Assembly: GCA_051294375.1 (NCBI GenBank) | Contig: JBJCIZ010000391.1 | Location: forward strand, 1-42,077 | DNA from: Paraspadella gotoi | Taxonomy: Eukaryota; Animalia; Chaetognatha | Direction of reading: 5' to 3' | Length of the DNA: 42,077 bases | Shown here: positions 1 to 13,000 of the stretch, one piece after another | How the letters are laid out: each line of letters begins with the position of its first letter | Position numbering within the stretch: position 1 is the first letter of the stretch | The notes under the pieces: model-generated | Told to the model about the DNA's origin: nothing | Databases searched by the model: none | What the model saw: the letters and a program-made list of their open reading frames with translations, nothing else | Program-made: the position numbers and the translations under genes

Positions 1-409
1 GAGAGAGATTTTAAGGTTTTTGCGTGGATGAAGAGTCGAAAATCGAGAGATCGTAGAATGAAACCGTATGACAAAAGGATGATCACGACCTCATACAGTC
101 TGTATATCATATTACGAAGGAATGAAAGAGTATCATGAAAGGTAATTAATGTAAAATTTGTCTCTGAATTGATACGACAAATTTTAAATTATTAGTAATT
201 CAAGACAGGCGATATTGCTCTAATCTAACTATCCTAAGATTGTAAGGTCATCCAAATATTAAGGATAAGCAATAACAATAACAAGTAAAAACAGCGAGTT
301 CGACATCAGGCGACGACGACACGACGACGGACGACCAGAGGGATCATTTTTGGCTGCGGCTGAGAAAAACTTGATCGGTCGCGATGACCAAAGCATAGCG
401 AATGGCGAA

Positions 410-457
410 ACGGACGGACGGGCGGACGAACGGACGGACAAACGAACGGACAGACGA
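410..457. repeat. (CGGA/CGAA)n degenerate microsatellite
   Basis: cggacggacgggcggacgaacggacggacaaacgaacggacagacga read directly. Confidence 0.7.
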
Positions 458-836
458 ATCTTCTTCTCCAACGACGGATGAACGATAGGATGAGAAACAG
501 AATAACAAGAAAAAAATCGGATTCGGGCTGCTCGAAATATCGTTTTAAGTGTCAGCAGCTCGAGGTGCGGGCGACGGAGCGTTGCGTATTCGCGCGGCCG
601 GCATTGCGGGCGAAGCAACACACTGCACATGCATTCAGGCTGAGGCAGGATCAACGTGAGCGCGCTGCCTTCGACACCTTTTTGGAGTGCTGACGGGGGA
701 TTAGTATAACATCAAAACCGCCGTTTGTGTTTGAATTGATCTTGCAGCACGTTTCGGTGTTTTTTTGACATTATCACGTTGTTGAGCCATTATCTTTCTC
801 TTTGTGGCGTCTCGTTGAAAATCGTGTCCACTGTCC

Positions 837-1531
837 CAGTGACCACTAAGGCGTAAGTGAAGTTACGATACGGAAAATTTCTAAAAGTCAATTAATGAAC
901 AAGCATACCCACCAGTGAACATTTGTTTGGAAAAAAATTAATTTCTAATTGTTTATTATTTTTGCAGTCGGCTATTATTCATATGATATATTACTATCCT
1001 TATAAATCGACAAATTTTACAAATAGTGGCATTTAATCTTATTTTTGATTGCTTACGATTTTGAAGTTCTCATCAAAAAGTTTGAATAGAAAGAAAATAT
1101 AAAAATCAAAATAATATGTTAAAAATACTTTTATCTAAGTGGGTTAAATTAAAAAACTATCATTCGTTTAGGTAAATAGAAAAAGTTAATTTTTCAGCTA
1201 AAATTATGTCTATTTATTCATAATTTTGATCCACTTATTATGAAAGGAATTTTTCAAAAGAGTTATATTTTCCTTCTTCAACTTTTTATTGAACGAATCA
1301 CAAATCTGCAAAAAAAACTAGGACTGTTTAAATTTATAAACAATTTATATTGGATTAAGCTACTAGTATAATATATACTGGCCGTACTGCATAATTGTAA
1401 AATTTATTAAATTTTTTTTATTCATATTAATGTTCATTGTTATTGTTTCACTATATGTTGTTCGTTTCTTACTTTTAGAATTTTATTTAGTTAAATCTTA
1501 GACAATTTTACTACGCCTTAGTAACCACTTG
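837..1531. mobile_element. Non-autonomous DNA transposon (MITE) with ~24-bp imperfect TIRs starting CAGTG
   Basis: Left end cagtgaccactaaggcgtaagtgaa (from 837); the right end reverse-complements to caagtggttactaaggcgtagtaaa (ending 1531). AT-rich non-coding interior. Flanks are GTCCAC-type repeats, so the TSD is ambiguous. Confidence 0.6.
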
Positions 1532-2488
1532 TCCACATTGTCACCAGTGTTCCACGTCCAGCTAGTCCACTCAGAGAGTTAATTACTGTTAGTCCACAAA
1601 GCGGCTCAAAACGAAAGCGGAACACTCCCGGGTAAAAGTGTGATTCCGTTAAACTCAATTGAATAAACCTCGATTGTCCAGGAAGCTAGAAGCAATGGTT
1701 TGGAAATGATCCTATATAAAAGACAAATAATTAATACTGTCTTTTTCCTATGAACCATTGAACATTGTTAGGTAGTTAAATAAGCAAGCCTGACTAGAAT
1801 TGATACAGAAGAGCGTTTTCGAGGTGCAAGGTCAACCACCTGATTAAATCAGCATATCCAAGCTCCGACTGATACCGTAAAACCAATCGCACGTTCAGCT
1901 ATTCAACAAAAAAAAAACACAAAAAAACAATACAAACAAAACTCGGTGAAATATCGGCGAAATCTCGATGCGAAGTGGATAAGACTAATGATAAGTCAAA
2001 TGATTTGATGGGAGGGAATGTCTACAGAACAAGAGACCAACGACAGATTTCGGCAGTGAGATCGGAGAAAAAAGAAGAGAGAGAGAGGGGAGCGCGGCAC
2101 AATAAAGGGGAGCGTTGATGTGGTGAAAGTCAGCGGGAATGAAATCGTAACAACATTTTCTGAAGAGATTCGACGAGGTTTCAGCGTTTGTTTTTGTCTC
2201 GAGGTCAACGTATACATTTCTTATCCCACAAGACTCGCGCTCGATGTGAAATGACGCAGTTTGTTAATCTGCAAGTTTCGTCGCTCGACGTTCGAGTACC
2301 GAAGAGCGTTTTCCTATATTTTTTTTTTTAATCGCGTGACGAGACGATGATAGTTACCCTCCGGTTTCGCATCTGCTTTATCGCTCGAGTGAAAGTTGTC
2401 ATCGTCCGTTGTCATCCGTCGTCTGACACGTTATCGAGGGTCGTTTCAAAGACCAATAGTTGACAATATAGAAGTTAGAGTTTGAATC

Positions 2489-2496
2489 TCATTTCT

Positions 2497-2531
<35 letters not shown>

Positions 2532-2770
2532 CTCTTTCTCTCTCTCTTATCGTCTCTTCTTCTCTCATCTCTCTCTCTCTGCTCTCTCTCCTCTCTCTCT
2601 CCCCTCTTTGGAATCGCATTACTGTTCCTCGGAAACTTTCGCTTTCTTTGAACGCCTTTTTCGGTAAAAAATCTCTCTCTCTCTCTCTCTCATCTCTCTC
2701 TCCGATACGTCATCTCCTCTCTCACTCTCTCTGTCGTCCTCTCCATCTCACATCTCTCATCCGTCTCAGT
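2489..2770. repeat. (CT)n low-complexity tract
   Basis: Degenerate CT dinucleotide runs. Confidence 0.85.
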
Positions 2771-3494
2771 CTTTGCTCTACTCACCGAAACCGAAATCGT
2801 TCATTGAAAGCCTCAAAAAGTTCTTAAAGTTCCCCAAGAAACTGAATCAAGCATACTGATAGAGCGATCGGAACGAACGCGGTAATTGTTAGTCACAGCT
2901 ACCAGAATTGACACGAACGCGCAAAAGAAGAGCGATATTTTAAAAGTGTGAAGCAGGCTTAACAGAAGTTTTTCGCGAGATAACTATATTGCAATAAGGG
3001 AAAGGGAACCCCCCACATCAACAATCAAATCTATTCTAAAGACTCAATTTTAACGAGAAGACAATATTGATATTAGGGAATGCCTTATGTGTTTTTTTAA
3101 GATGGAAGCATTGTTGCGCAATTCGTCAACGGCCCCGCTCCCGTGTCCAGCATTAAGGAATTAGCTTGAAGAATCAAGTATTGTGTGGATTTTTCTATTC
3201 TTTTCACATTGTCCTTTTCTTCTGAACTACCTAAATGGGTTAGTAGACTAACACACATTTTTTTTTTTTCTTGTGTAGTTAAAGAAAAAAAGTTGCTTTC
3301 TGCATGAACGGCCGAATCAATGAATGAACGGGACACCAATCGTTACCGCCTCAAGCCGACAGTTTCCGAGAATTTCGGGTGGTTGAGACCTTATAGGTCC
3401 TTCTTTTGCAGCCGAGGGCAGTACCGTAGGGAGTCGCATGTAATACGACGAGGAACTGGAACCGAATTGTCATCGTGGATCGTAATCCTAATCT

Positions 3495-3580
3495 ATCTCT
3501 TCTTTCCTTTTGGAATCTGTTTCTTTCTTTCTCCCTCTTCTCTTTCTCCTCTGCCTCTCTCTCTCTCTCTTCTCCTCCTC

Positions 3581-3612
<32 letters not shown>

Positions 3613-3690
3613 CTTCTCTCTCTCTGCTCTTTCTCTCGTCCTCCCTGTCTTCCTTCCCCCCTCTCTCTCCTCTCCCTCTCTTCTCTCTCT
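3495..3690. repeat. (CT)n low-complexity tract
   Basis: Degenerate CT runs; source of the Leu/Ser and Glu/Arg pseudo-ORFs here. Confidence 0.85.
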
Positions 3691-5454
3691 AGCTCATTAA
3701 AAGATTTTATATCGATGAAGCCTCTCAATTATTTTTCAATTCCCTATTCGCACAATAAGCCTTTTCCAAAAGTCAGAAGCAAAGATAACTTATTTATTAA
3801 ACAATTTAGCAATTGATTGTACCAACTTTATGCCGTATATTAAATGTGAAAATCCTGTCGCTTCAACCACGGAATTTGTCAAAAAATCGACTCCAATACC
3901 CCGGGATATTCCGCTTTCAGATTTCGCGCACCCCCCAACCGCTGCGATCGCCCTCTTTCCATCCTTCTCTTTTGTTCCAACGCTTCTTTAGTCAACAAAG
4001 CGGCGAAAGCGGTCAAAGTGAAGCGGCTTCGGAGACAAGTCGCTGCGGTCGCTGCTTGCCCTCTTTGTGCTGCAGTTATGGTTAAAACCTCTGGAGAATG
4101 ATGTCCTTATTCCTCCTAACCCCTAACCCCTTCCCCAGTCTCCAAATATTCCATTGTCCATCCTCTGGACACGACGTTACTCTTTTCCTACGTCCTCCTT
4201 TCCTTTGTCCTTGTTCGCGATCTTCGTCAATGTTGTCGATGAACGACCTCAGTTCACCGTCTTCCCTTTCAATTCGATACGAATCTCACTCACTGTTTCG
4301 ACCAAACGGTATTGGATTTTACAAAATCACCGCCGCTTACCTTTCTTTTTCCTTTCTCGCTTCTCGCCTTAATTTAAATCTCCTTCCGTTCTTTGGCCTC
4401 ATTTCTCTTTCCCGCTGTCATCCTCCTTTCTTTCGAACTCCTTCACCTCCTTTTTTTTTTTGAAGAAAAAGTTGATTAATTCAACAGACAAATTTTAACT
4501 ATAAATATAACGCCGAATAAATAGCATTTAAAAAAGAAATTAAATCGTATCCCCACCACCACCACACCACCAATCTATTATTTTTTCAACCGTACCGTTG
4601 GTGATTTTTAAAATTATTATATTTGGAATTATATAAAAAATAATCGATTGACTCAGGTTAATAGCAGTTGATGTTCCCTCGTACTCGTGTACCTGATAGT
4701 AATGATAGAATGAGGCGAGTCAAAGGGAAATCGAATGAAATGCGGTTAGTGTTTTTCCTCTTTTTCAGCGTCGTTTTCTTCTTTCTTGATTACGTCTCAT
4801 CGAATTCAATCGATAGGACGAGGGAAACGAAAAGGGAAACGTGGTAACGAGGAGGGGGGACGAAAAGAAGGAACGAAATGGACGAGGGAAACGAAAGTAG
4901 GAGTGGGGCGAGGAACGAAGGGACAGTAGGACCCGACGTGATACATGCAGGAGCGGATTTCTCTTTAGTTAACTGGGAGAAAAAGTATGACGCGGCAAGA
5001 TTGCGTGACCAATCACTTTGTTATTCATTATACTTTTATTAGTTGATATCTTCGGCGATATCGGATTTTTTTGAAACGTGTCGCGGGGGTTTGTTTGGTA
5101 TTGGGTTCTTGAATTATTATTTAATAAGAACGCCAAGGATATTTAAACGAAGATAGACCTCACATGGATCAATAGCATCTTCAAGCACTTCAGAATCCGT
5201 ATGTCGCCCTGACGCCGAAGTGGACGCAACGAACTGGGAACGCATCCACGACCGAATCAAACATCCGCGTCTCGTCGTCGCCCCCCCCCCTCCTTCCCCC
5301 CTTTTCCTCTGCCTTTCCCTCCCACCTCCGCACCTCCCTGCACCCGACGCCACCGTCGAGATCTATCGATAAAAAAGTAGGCGCGATTTTTAGACGTGAG
5401 CGAATGGCGGCGATGGTCGACCAGGGGGCGTGACGGAGATCAATCAGAACTCCT

Positions 5455-5655
5455 TTGTCTTCTTCCACTTCCTTTATTTTTATTCCTTTTTTTTTTTTTC
5501 TTCTTTCTTTATTTCTTAGCTTTTTTTTTTCTCTCTTTCTTTCTTTTTTCTTTCTTTCTTCTGTATTCCCTTTCTTTCTTTCTTCTTTTCTTTCTTTCTT
5601 TCTCTTCTTTTTTCTCTCTGTCATTCTTTCTTTCCCTCTTCCTTTTTCTTACTCT
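5455..5655. repeat. (CTTT)n/poly-T pyrimidine tract
   Basis: Almost pure T/C tract. Confidence 0.8.
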
Positions 5656-7218
5656 CCATTGTTCCGCGCCCGAGTTGACCTAACTCACCAGGCGTCGGTC
5701 CAACGATCAACGATTCACAGTGAGACGCTCGACGTCGCCGCGTGAGACTTGATTGACGGCGACGCCCTCGCCCTCGCCCCCCCCCTCGCCGCGGCCTCTT
5801 ACGCTCGAAATGGGGCGGAGCGGTCCAGCCTCCAGGGCCGCGGAGAGTTTTGATCAAGTCGAAATGGGTGAATCTCAGTTCGGGTCGGGATGACGGAGAA
5901 GCTCAGATGGGGGGGGGGCGTTAGGGGTGGAGTCATATGCCAAAAGTTTTTTTTGGATCGCAAAGAACATCTACACAAAAACGGGTGGGCCTAAAAAAAT
6001 AGGTTTCCACAATCATACTCAAATTGATTGAACACCTTAGCGCTACCAGCGCTTGAAGGACTTTTGGCACACCTTTTACATCATATTCACTGTGTCTAAA
6101 AACATAAAAGATTTTATTGGTCCAAACCTTATTTATCAGTTAGAAAAATCTATGGAGTTAATTCATATCAAATTTCAAGACAAAACTACAAGTCAAATAG
6201 CTTTACAACATCATCAGCAATCTGCTGGAGGAGGTAGAAGCCATTATATTGATATCTATATCTTTTTAAGTTGGGGGAGTAGCACGAAGTGTTTCTATAT
6301 AGTTTTATTCACAAATAAGTGCTCTAAATGATAAATAAGTTTTTTAAAAAAATATCAGTGTCGTCACATCCTGGAGGATTTTTTTCTGTACAAAACCTAT
6401 AATATATAACAATATACACCAAATATTGTTATTATAATTTCTGCATATAGTATTAATAAGTTAAGCAAAGGTATGGGTAAAACTTTTTGATAATTTCATC
6501 TTGATTGATCCACAACTTCTCAAAGGAGCTTTTTTTTGAAACATCCTTGAATTAAATCTCCACATGCTATCATCTGCTGAACAAAAAAAAATTATACTTT
6601 CAAAAATAGCTTTATTAGTTGCCAAAACACTCTGGGTTCAATGTTATTCATTATATTAAGAGTAACATTCTTGACATGCTCTGTAGAAGGCTTCCCAATT
6701 AAGTTGAAGGATGTGGACGAAATGTTGCAGGTGACAATTTCTTATGAAAGCCATTCACTTTTAATTAAAAACACAATTTTTTTTTATAAACTAAACCCCT
6801 AAATCACATTGATAATAATTTGATTGAGATGCGCTCACATCCTTGTGGATTTTTCTCGTACAGACTGCTTGAAGGATGACAAATATATATAAAAATATTT
6901 CTATTTAATTATTTTGATGATTCAAAATTGCAAAAAAAAAATCTTAAAAGTATAGGATCTCGCCAGGGTATAGTATCAAAAGAAAATTAATGAAAAAAGT
7001 ACTTATAATCTAATTTGCATATTGCAGTAAATTATAATGAAGTGGAAATTCAAACAAAAAGTACTTGTATCGATATGAAACATAGAAAATGGACACACAT
7101 TTTCAACTTCCTCACTGCCTCATTAATGGAACTTGATAACTAGATACATTGTTAGGTAGTTAAACCATAAACGACAAAAATGCAGTAAAAATCTTAAAAG
7201 AATAGGTTCGAGCCTCCC

Positions 7219-7457
7219 TTCAATGATAACCAAATATTGATGCGATGATAACCAAAGGATTATACGATGATAACCAAAAGATTGATGCGATGATAACCAA
7301 ATATTGCTGCAATGATAACCAATAATTGATGCGATGATAACCAAATGATCGATGTGATGAAAACCAAATGATTGATGTGATAATAACCAAATGGTTGATA
7401 TGATGATAGTCATTCATTGATGTGATGATAATCATTCATTGATACGATGATAGTCAT
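7219..7457. repeat. ~20-22 bp minisatellite (ATTGATGCGATGATAACCAAA-like), about 11 units
   Basis: Recurring tgatgcgatgataaccaaa, grading into gatgatagtcattcatt units. Confidence 0.85.
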
Positions 7458-7486
7458 TAATTGAAGCAATGAAAGTCATCATTCAA

Positions 7487-7527
<41 letters not shown>

Positions 7528-7545
7528 AAGAAAGAGATAAACCAC

Positions 7546-8645
7546 AAAAATCTCGGATGTAAATTTGGGATTTTGCATTGAGAAAAAAGCGCGGAATAAA
7601 TGGTGATAATAAAGTTTTTAAAAGGAAAAAAATAATCAAATTTTTCAAAAAACGATCACGCAAAGAGATCGTACAGAGACAGAGAGAGACAGAAAGAGAA
7701 AGTCAGACAGAGACAGAAAAAAGAGAGAAAGAGAGAGAAGAGAGAGACAGACAGAGACAGAGAGAGAAAGAGAGAGAGAGAGAAAAGCAGGACAGCCGCT
7801 GGAAGGCAGCTGAACAGTCACTGCAGAGGCCTGAACTTAGTTTAGGTTCAGAAAAGGCAGCAGCTGACAAAAAATAAGAAGAAAAATACATATATAATTT
7901 AAAGAAATAAAGAAAGGAAAAAAAAATGTTACAATAATCTGAATTTTTCAAAGAAAGAACGATCACGCTAGAGATAGTGCGATGATAGTCATTCATTTTG
8001 ATGCGATGATAGTCATTCATTGATGCGATGATAATCATTCATTGCATGCAATGATATCATTCATTTGATTTGCGATGATAATCATTCACTGTTTGCGATG
8101 ATAGTCATTCATTGACGCGATGAGTCAATTAGAGAGAGAGAGAGAGAAAGAGAGACAGAGAATGTACGAACACTAGTGGGTTCGTGCGACTTCGAAATCG
8201 GGAATCTAATCTGACGCCATCGATCAAATAAGATAGAGAGAGAGAGGGAGAGACAGAGAGAGAGAGACGGAGAGAGAGAGAGAGAGAGACGGAGAGAGAG
8301 AGAGTAGCTGCCCCTCAACGGCCACGAAATATAGGCCAAGTAAGTTATTGTATTTGGGGATTTTGTATTGAGAAAAAAGCGCGGAATAAATGGCGATAAT
8401 AAAAGTTTTTAGAAATAAAAAAATAATCAGAATTTTTCAAAAAACGAACGATCACGCAAGAGATCGTACAGAGAGAGACAGACACACACAGAGAAAGACA
8501 GAGAGAGACGGAGAGAAGCGTAACATTTCTGCCATATGAGTTAGTCTTCACTTTTTCTAAAATAAATCCATGAAAATCTTGGATGTAAATTTGGGATTTT
8601 GTATTGAGAAAAAAGCGCGGAATAAATGGCGATAATAGTTTTTAG
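7546..8645. repeat. Local complex repeat: three copies of a ~70-130 bp block (about 7546, 8350, 8573) interleaved with (AG)n and minisatellite
   Basis: ttgggattttg(c/t)attgagaaaaaagcgcggaataaatgg(t/c)gataat occurs three times; acgatcacgc(a/t)agagat occurs at about 7652, 7959 and 8448. Confidence 0.8.
7978..8124. repeat. ~20-22 bp minisatellite (GCGATGATAGTCATTCATTGAT-like), second array
   Basis: About 7 units related to the 7219-7457 array. Confidence 0.8.
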
Positions 8646-9303
8646 AAGCAATATAAAATTATTATTATATTATTACCCCTCTCCTTCTCATTCACCTCGT
8701 CCTCATCCTACTCGCAGGGATTCGGGGCCGCGTTCACGAGATTCAGTTCACCTTTCTCTCTCCTCCTTCTTCTTTGTTGTCTTCTTCGTCGTCAGTTTTA
8801 TCTTCCTCTTCGTCGTCATTTTCATCATCATCTATGTTTTAATCGTTTTCTTCCTTGTTGTCGTCGTCGGTTTTTTTTTACCAATCGATCAATCAGAAAC
8901 TTACTTAGAAGCCATTTGCAAATTTGCAGATTTACAGTTAGGAACACATTTAAACTGATTCACTGATTCAGACAAGAAAAGCAAAAAAAAAAGTGAATAA
9001 AAATTTGGTTTTTTTTGTAAAAAAAAAGAGATCTATATATATATATGTATATAATATATAAATTATATATATATAAAGACCAAAAAAGAGAGCGATTTAT
9101 TTGTTTGTCAAAAAGTCAATTGTAAATTTTTTCAAAATAATTAAAATTTCAATTAATAAATCTTACCTTTTTTATTTAGTTTCGCGGAGAAAATAATTTA
9201 GCGTTACTGTTTTTTAATTATGTTAATATCATTTTTATTATTAAAAATAAAAAAATTTAAAAAATGTAATTGCGGAAACAAAATATGTTGTTACCTACGA
9301 ATA

Positions 9304-9789
9304 TGTGTGGCAAGGCATCGGATGTTCACCACAGCGTGACAGAGATGTAGAAGACAGACTGGAGTCACATGACTAAGATGAGTGTGTCAGAGATATTCAC
9401 ATTGCAGGGAAAGTGTGACGGTTTAATCTTTGTTGAATTAGATTAGATTGTTTATTCTTTGTTGAATTATATTCGAAGATAAAATCGGATTTATACCAAA
9501 TAGATTTAGATTGGTATCTTGATTGATTCATTGATTTCTATCAGAGTTTGAACAAGGATTTTTCTCATCTTATTTGTAATGTATTGAATTACATTTAGGT
9601 GTGAATAAAAAGTGGCAAATCTTTGATCAGTTTATTTTCAGATGAGATACAAGCAGAGTGAAGAATTAGAAATATCAATCAATAAGGAAAAACAATCAAA
9701 TCAGATGTTTTTTCTGGCGGGAAAACATCTTGGTTTCTCCGGTAAATCATATGAAAACAAAAGATTTCAGAATATCTGATTTGACTACA
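9304..9789 (-). repeat. 3' LTR of element 1 (486 bp, TGT...ACA)
   Basis: Matches 15074-15115 joined to 23438-23881 almost exactly; adjacent to the PPT. Confidence 0.92.
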
Positions 9790-9798
9790 TCCCCCCCT
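9790..9798 (-). promoter_or_regulatory. Polypurine tract of element 1
   Basis: Minus strand AGGGGGGGA immediately before the 3' LTR. Confidence 0.85.
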
Positions 9799-10024
9799 GT
9801 TGAAATATTAGTTAAAAATATTGCAATATTAAATGTTGTCGTTCATTAAATGAATGTAGGAACAGAAAAAAAAAATAAATAAATTGTAATTTGTAAAGTT
9901 TACAAACAAAAATTCAAAAATTCATAAATACCAAAATTAACAAAATACTGAAAAATTCGATAACATTGAAATATAGGTAATAAGAATTGGGCGTTCGCAT
10001 AGGCCTAGTTTCATAGCAGAAATT

Positions 10025-13000
10025 TTATTTTTTATTGTTTGTTTCGTTTTTGTTGTTGTTGTTGTCATTTTGTTGTCGCCGCAACATTTCTTTTAATACT
10101 ATGGCATATGTCGGTCGATTGTTGCTGTCGGCTGGCCTATGTGAAGAGGTCTCTGGCGTCGGTCTCGAAAATCGACACGTTGGCTCATTCTTTTCGTTTT
10201 CGAGTTTGTTGTTGTTGTTGTTATTCCTTTTGCTTCTTTGCTTCGGCTGTGGAGTCGCTTCGCGTGGAGGCCTAGAGGAAGGGGAAGATGGAAACAAAAA
10301 AGGGGAAGCGGGTAAAGGTGGGTCGGGGGGAAGGTGAGGTTGATTTTGGGGAATTGGGATGGGGGTGGGGGGAAAAGGAGGAGGAGGAGGAGGAGGAGGA
10401 GGAGGTGATTTTCGCCGATTTTGGGATCGAGTGACTCGATCTGTTGGTGGTGCTGTCCTCGTCCTCAGGCCGGGACGACGGCCTACTGGACGGCGTTCGG
10501 GATGTTCTTGGAGAGAGGGAGGAGGAGGGGGAGGAGAAGGAGGAGGAGGAGGAGGAACGGCCTGCTGATTTTTCGAACGAGTTATTCGTGTTGTTGCCGC
10601 CGGTTGTCTCGTCCGAAGTCCGGGTCGCTGACCTCGTTGTCTCTCCTGACGGGGTTCAGGGTCGTCGATCTCCACCTCGTCGTCGCTGACCCATGCCGGC
10701 TTGACTCGGGCGATATTTACCGTTTGGCGGCCAACGCTGGGAATATCGATAGTCATATTGAGGCCGTTTTTGCTCACCACTCGAAAGGGGCCTTCGTAGG
10801 GAGGAACGAGTGTAGGTTGGACGCCTGCTCTGCGGATGAAGACATATTTGGCCGAGTTCAAATTCGTGGGGAGGTGGACTGCCGGTTGACGATGAGCTGA
10901 TGTTGGCGTCGGCTGGAGTCGCGCTACCTCCAATCGGAGTTTCGATAATTGATTTTTTCTTTGACGATTTAGAGCGTTGTCATCGAGTTGAGGATCGCCG
11001 AGTAGTGTACCAGGGACGCTGATGCCCTCACCAAACACGAGGTCGGCTGCTGAGGCGCCGACATCCTCCTTGATCGTCGTTCTGATCGCTAGTAAGGTCA
11101 AAGGTAACTTCCAGAACCATTTTTCTTTGTCTTCTTTTGCCAATGCCGCTAGAGATTCTTTTAATCTTCGGTGGAACCTCTCCACCAGTCCGTTAGCTTG
11201 TGGGTGATAAGCCGTTGTTGTTTGGTGCTTAATGCCCCAATGCTTCATCAACTGTCGCCACAATGCTGAAGTGAACTGACTTCCACGGTCAGTTGTGATA
11301 ATGGCTGGTGTTCCGAATGTACTGATCCACTGTAGACTGAGAGCGTCTATGATGGTGGGCGTCAGAGTGTCTTTTATCGGTATCGCTGTCGGCCATCTTG
11401 AAAACCTATCGACGATTGTCAATAGGTGAGAGAAGTCGTTTGACTTGGGCATTTTTACCAGGTCCAAATTAAGGTGTTGGAATCTGCGGGCAGGGACTTT
11501 AAATTCCCCGATTTCGGGCACAACGTGCTTTGTCACCTTCGCCCGTTGACAATCTAAACAGTTTCTCGCCCACTGTGTTACATCTTGCCTCATACTTGTC
11601 CAAACGAATTTCGCTGCGATCGCCTTCCGAGTCGCTTCGATTCCAGGGTGGCCAAGTCCATGCATTACATCGAAAATCCGTCGTCGCCATGCTGCGGGGA
11701 CAAATGGCCTTGCTGGGCCGTTTGATATATCGGCTAAGAGCTCTTGGTCCCCGACTTTAATTTTTCTAAAAGTCAGTCCCGATCTGGCATCTTCTGAGAT
11801 CCGTTGGAAATCTTGGTCGAGGACTTGCTCTCGAGCCATTTGTTCGAAATCAATTTCGAAATTAGTGAGTGAGGCGATTACCGCCTCGGCATCTTCTAAA
11901 CGATTCGGTTTGATGCCTTTTTCCTGCTTCTCGCTGTTCTGCTGATTTTTGGCTGCGGCGTTGTTGGAAAGGCTCGTGGCGGCGTCGTCCTCTTTTTGAG
12001 ATGTTGCTGCTGGCGGTATGTTTGGGCGGGATAAGGCGTCCGCTACCACGTTAGCTTTGCCCTTGAGGTAGCGGACATCGGTTGTAAATTCTGCAATCAC
12101 TGAAAGCTGATAAGATTGGCGTACCGTTTGTGGCTCGGCTTTCTTCCGGATAGCCGAGACTAGGCTCTGGTGGTCCGTATAAAGTGTGAAAGCGCGGCCT
12201 TCGACCCAGTGGCGGAAATGCCTCACTGCACGGAATGCTCCGAAGAGCTCCCGGTCGAAGGGGGGCCACAACTTCTGGTTTTTAGCCAGTTTTGCAGAAA
12301 AAAACGCCAAAGGCTCCCAGCCTTTGGGTCCGCGCTGTTCCAATACCGCACCTACGGCGTGGTCTGAGGCATCTGTTGTAATGCACAACTGTGCTCCTGT
12401 GCGCGGATGGTGAAGGAGAGCTGCTGAGATCAATCCTTCTTTGATCGCCTCGAATGCTTTTTCACAGTCTTGTGTCCAATTCAAGGCTTTAGGCTTACCA
12501 CTTAGGGCCTCGTAGAGAGGAGCACAGCGATGTGCAACCCTTGGTATGAACCTACGGTAGTAGTTTATCATACCAAGGAATCGCTGTAGCTCCTTGATCG
12601 ATGTTGGTCTCGTTGTCTCCTTAAGGGTCTGGACTCTCTCCGGGAGTGGTCGAACGCCATTTTTATCAACGAGGAAACCGAGAAACTCTAACGATTCTTG
12701 GCCCAGAAGGCACTTCTTGGTGTTTACCACCAATCCATTCTGGTCAAGGGCCTTGAAAACCCGCTCGAGATCTTCCATGTGTTCTTCTGGTGAGGATGAA
12801 GCTACGAGGATGTCATCCAAGTATACGAATGTGTGGGGAATATCTCCCAGGATTTCATCCATAAGTCGCTGGAAATCCTGCCCAGCATTTTTCAAACCAA
12901 ATGGGCAGCGAGGGAAAACGTACAATCCGAATGGAGTAATGACGGCAGTCTTCTTAACGTCATCTGGATTGACAGGGATTTGGTGATATCCCTTTAAAAG

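Noticed and set aside
478-693. 71-aa ORF with Cys/His spacing reminiscent of a FLYWCH/MULE zinc finger
   Set aside because: Spacing does not fit convincingly and there is no adjacent transposase.
6000-7100. Coding-like stretch, possibly a decayed transposase
   Set aside because: No continuous frame or recognisable catalytic motif.
7219-7457. CRISPR-like periodic repeat
   Set aside because: Units are head-to-tail without unique spacers, there are no cas genes, and the context is eukaryotic.
2482-8551. Many short ORFs rich in Leu/Ser, Glu/Arg, Phe/Lys or Ile/His
   Set aside because: They are translations of CT/AG microsatellites and the minisatellite.
9800-10024. Possible env-like third ORF between pol and the 3' LTR
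   Set aside because: Only ~230 bp (about 110 bp in element 2) of AT-rich sequence with no ORF.
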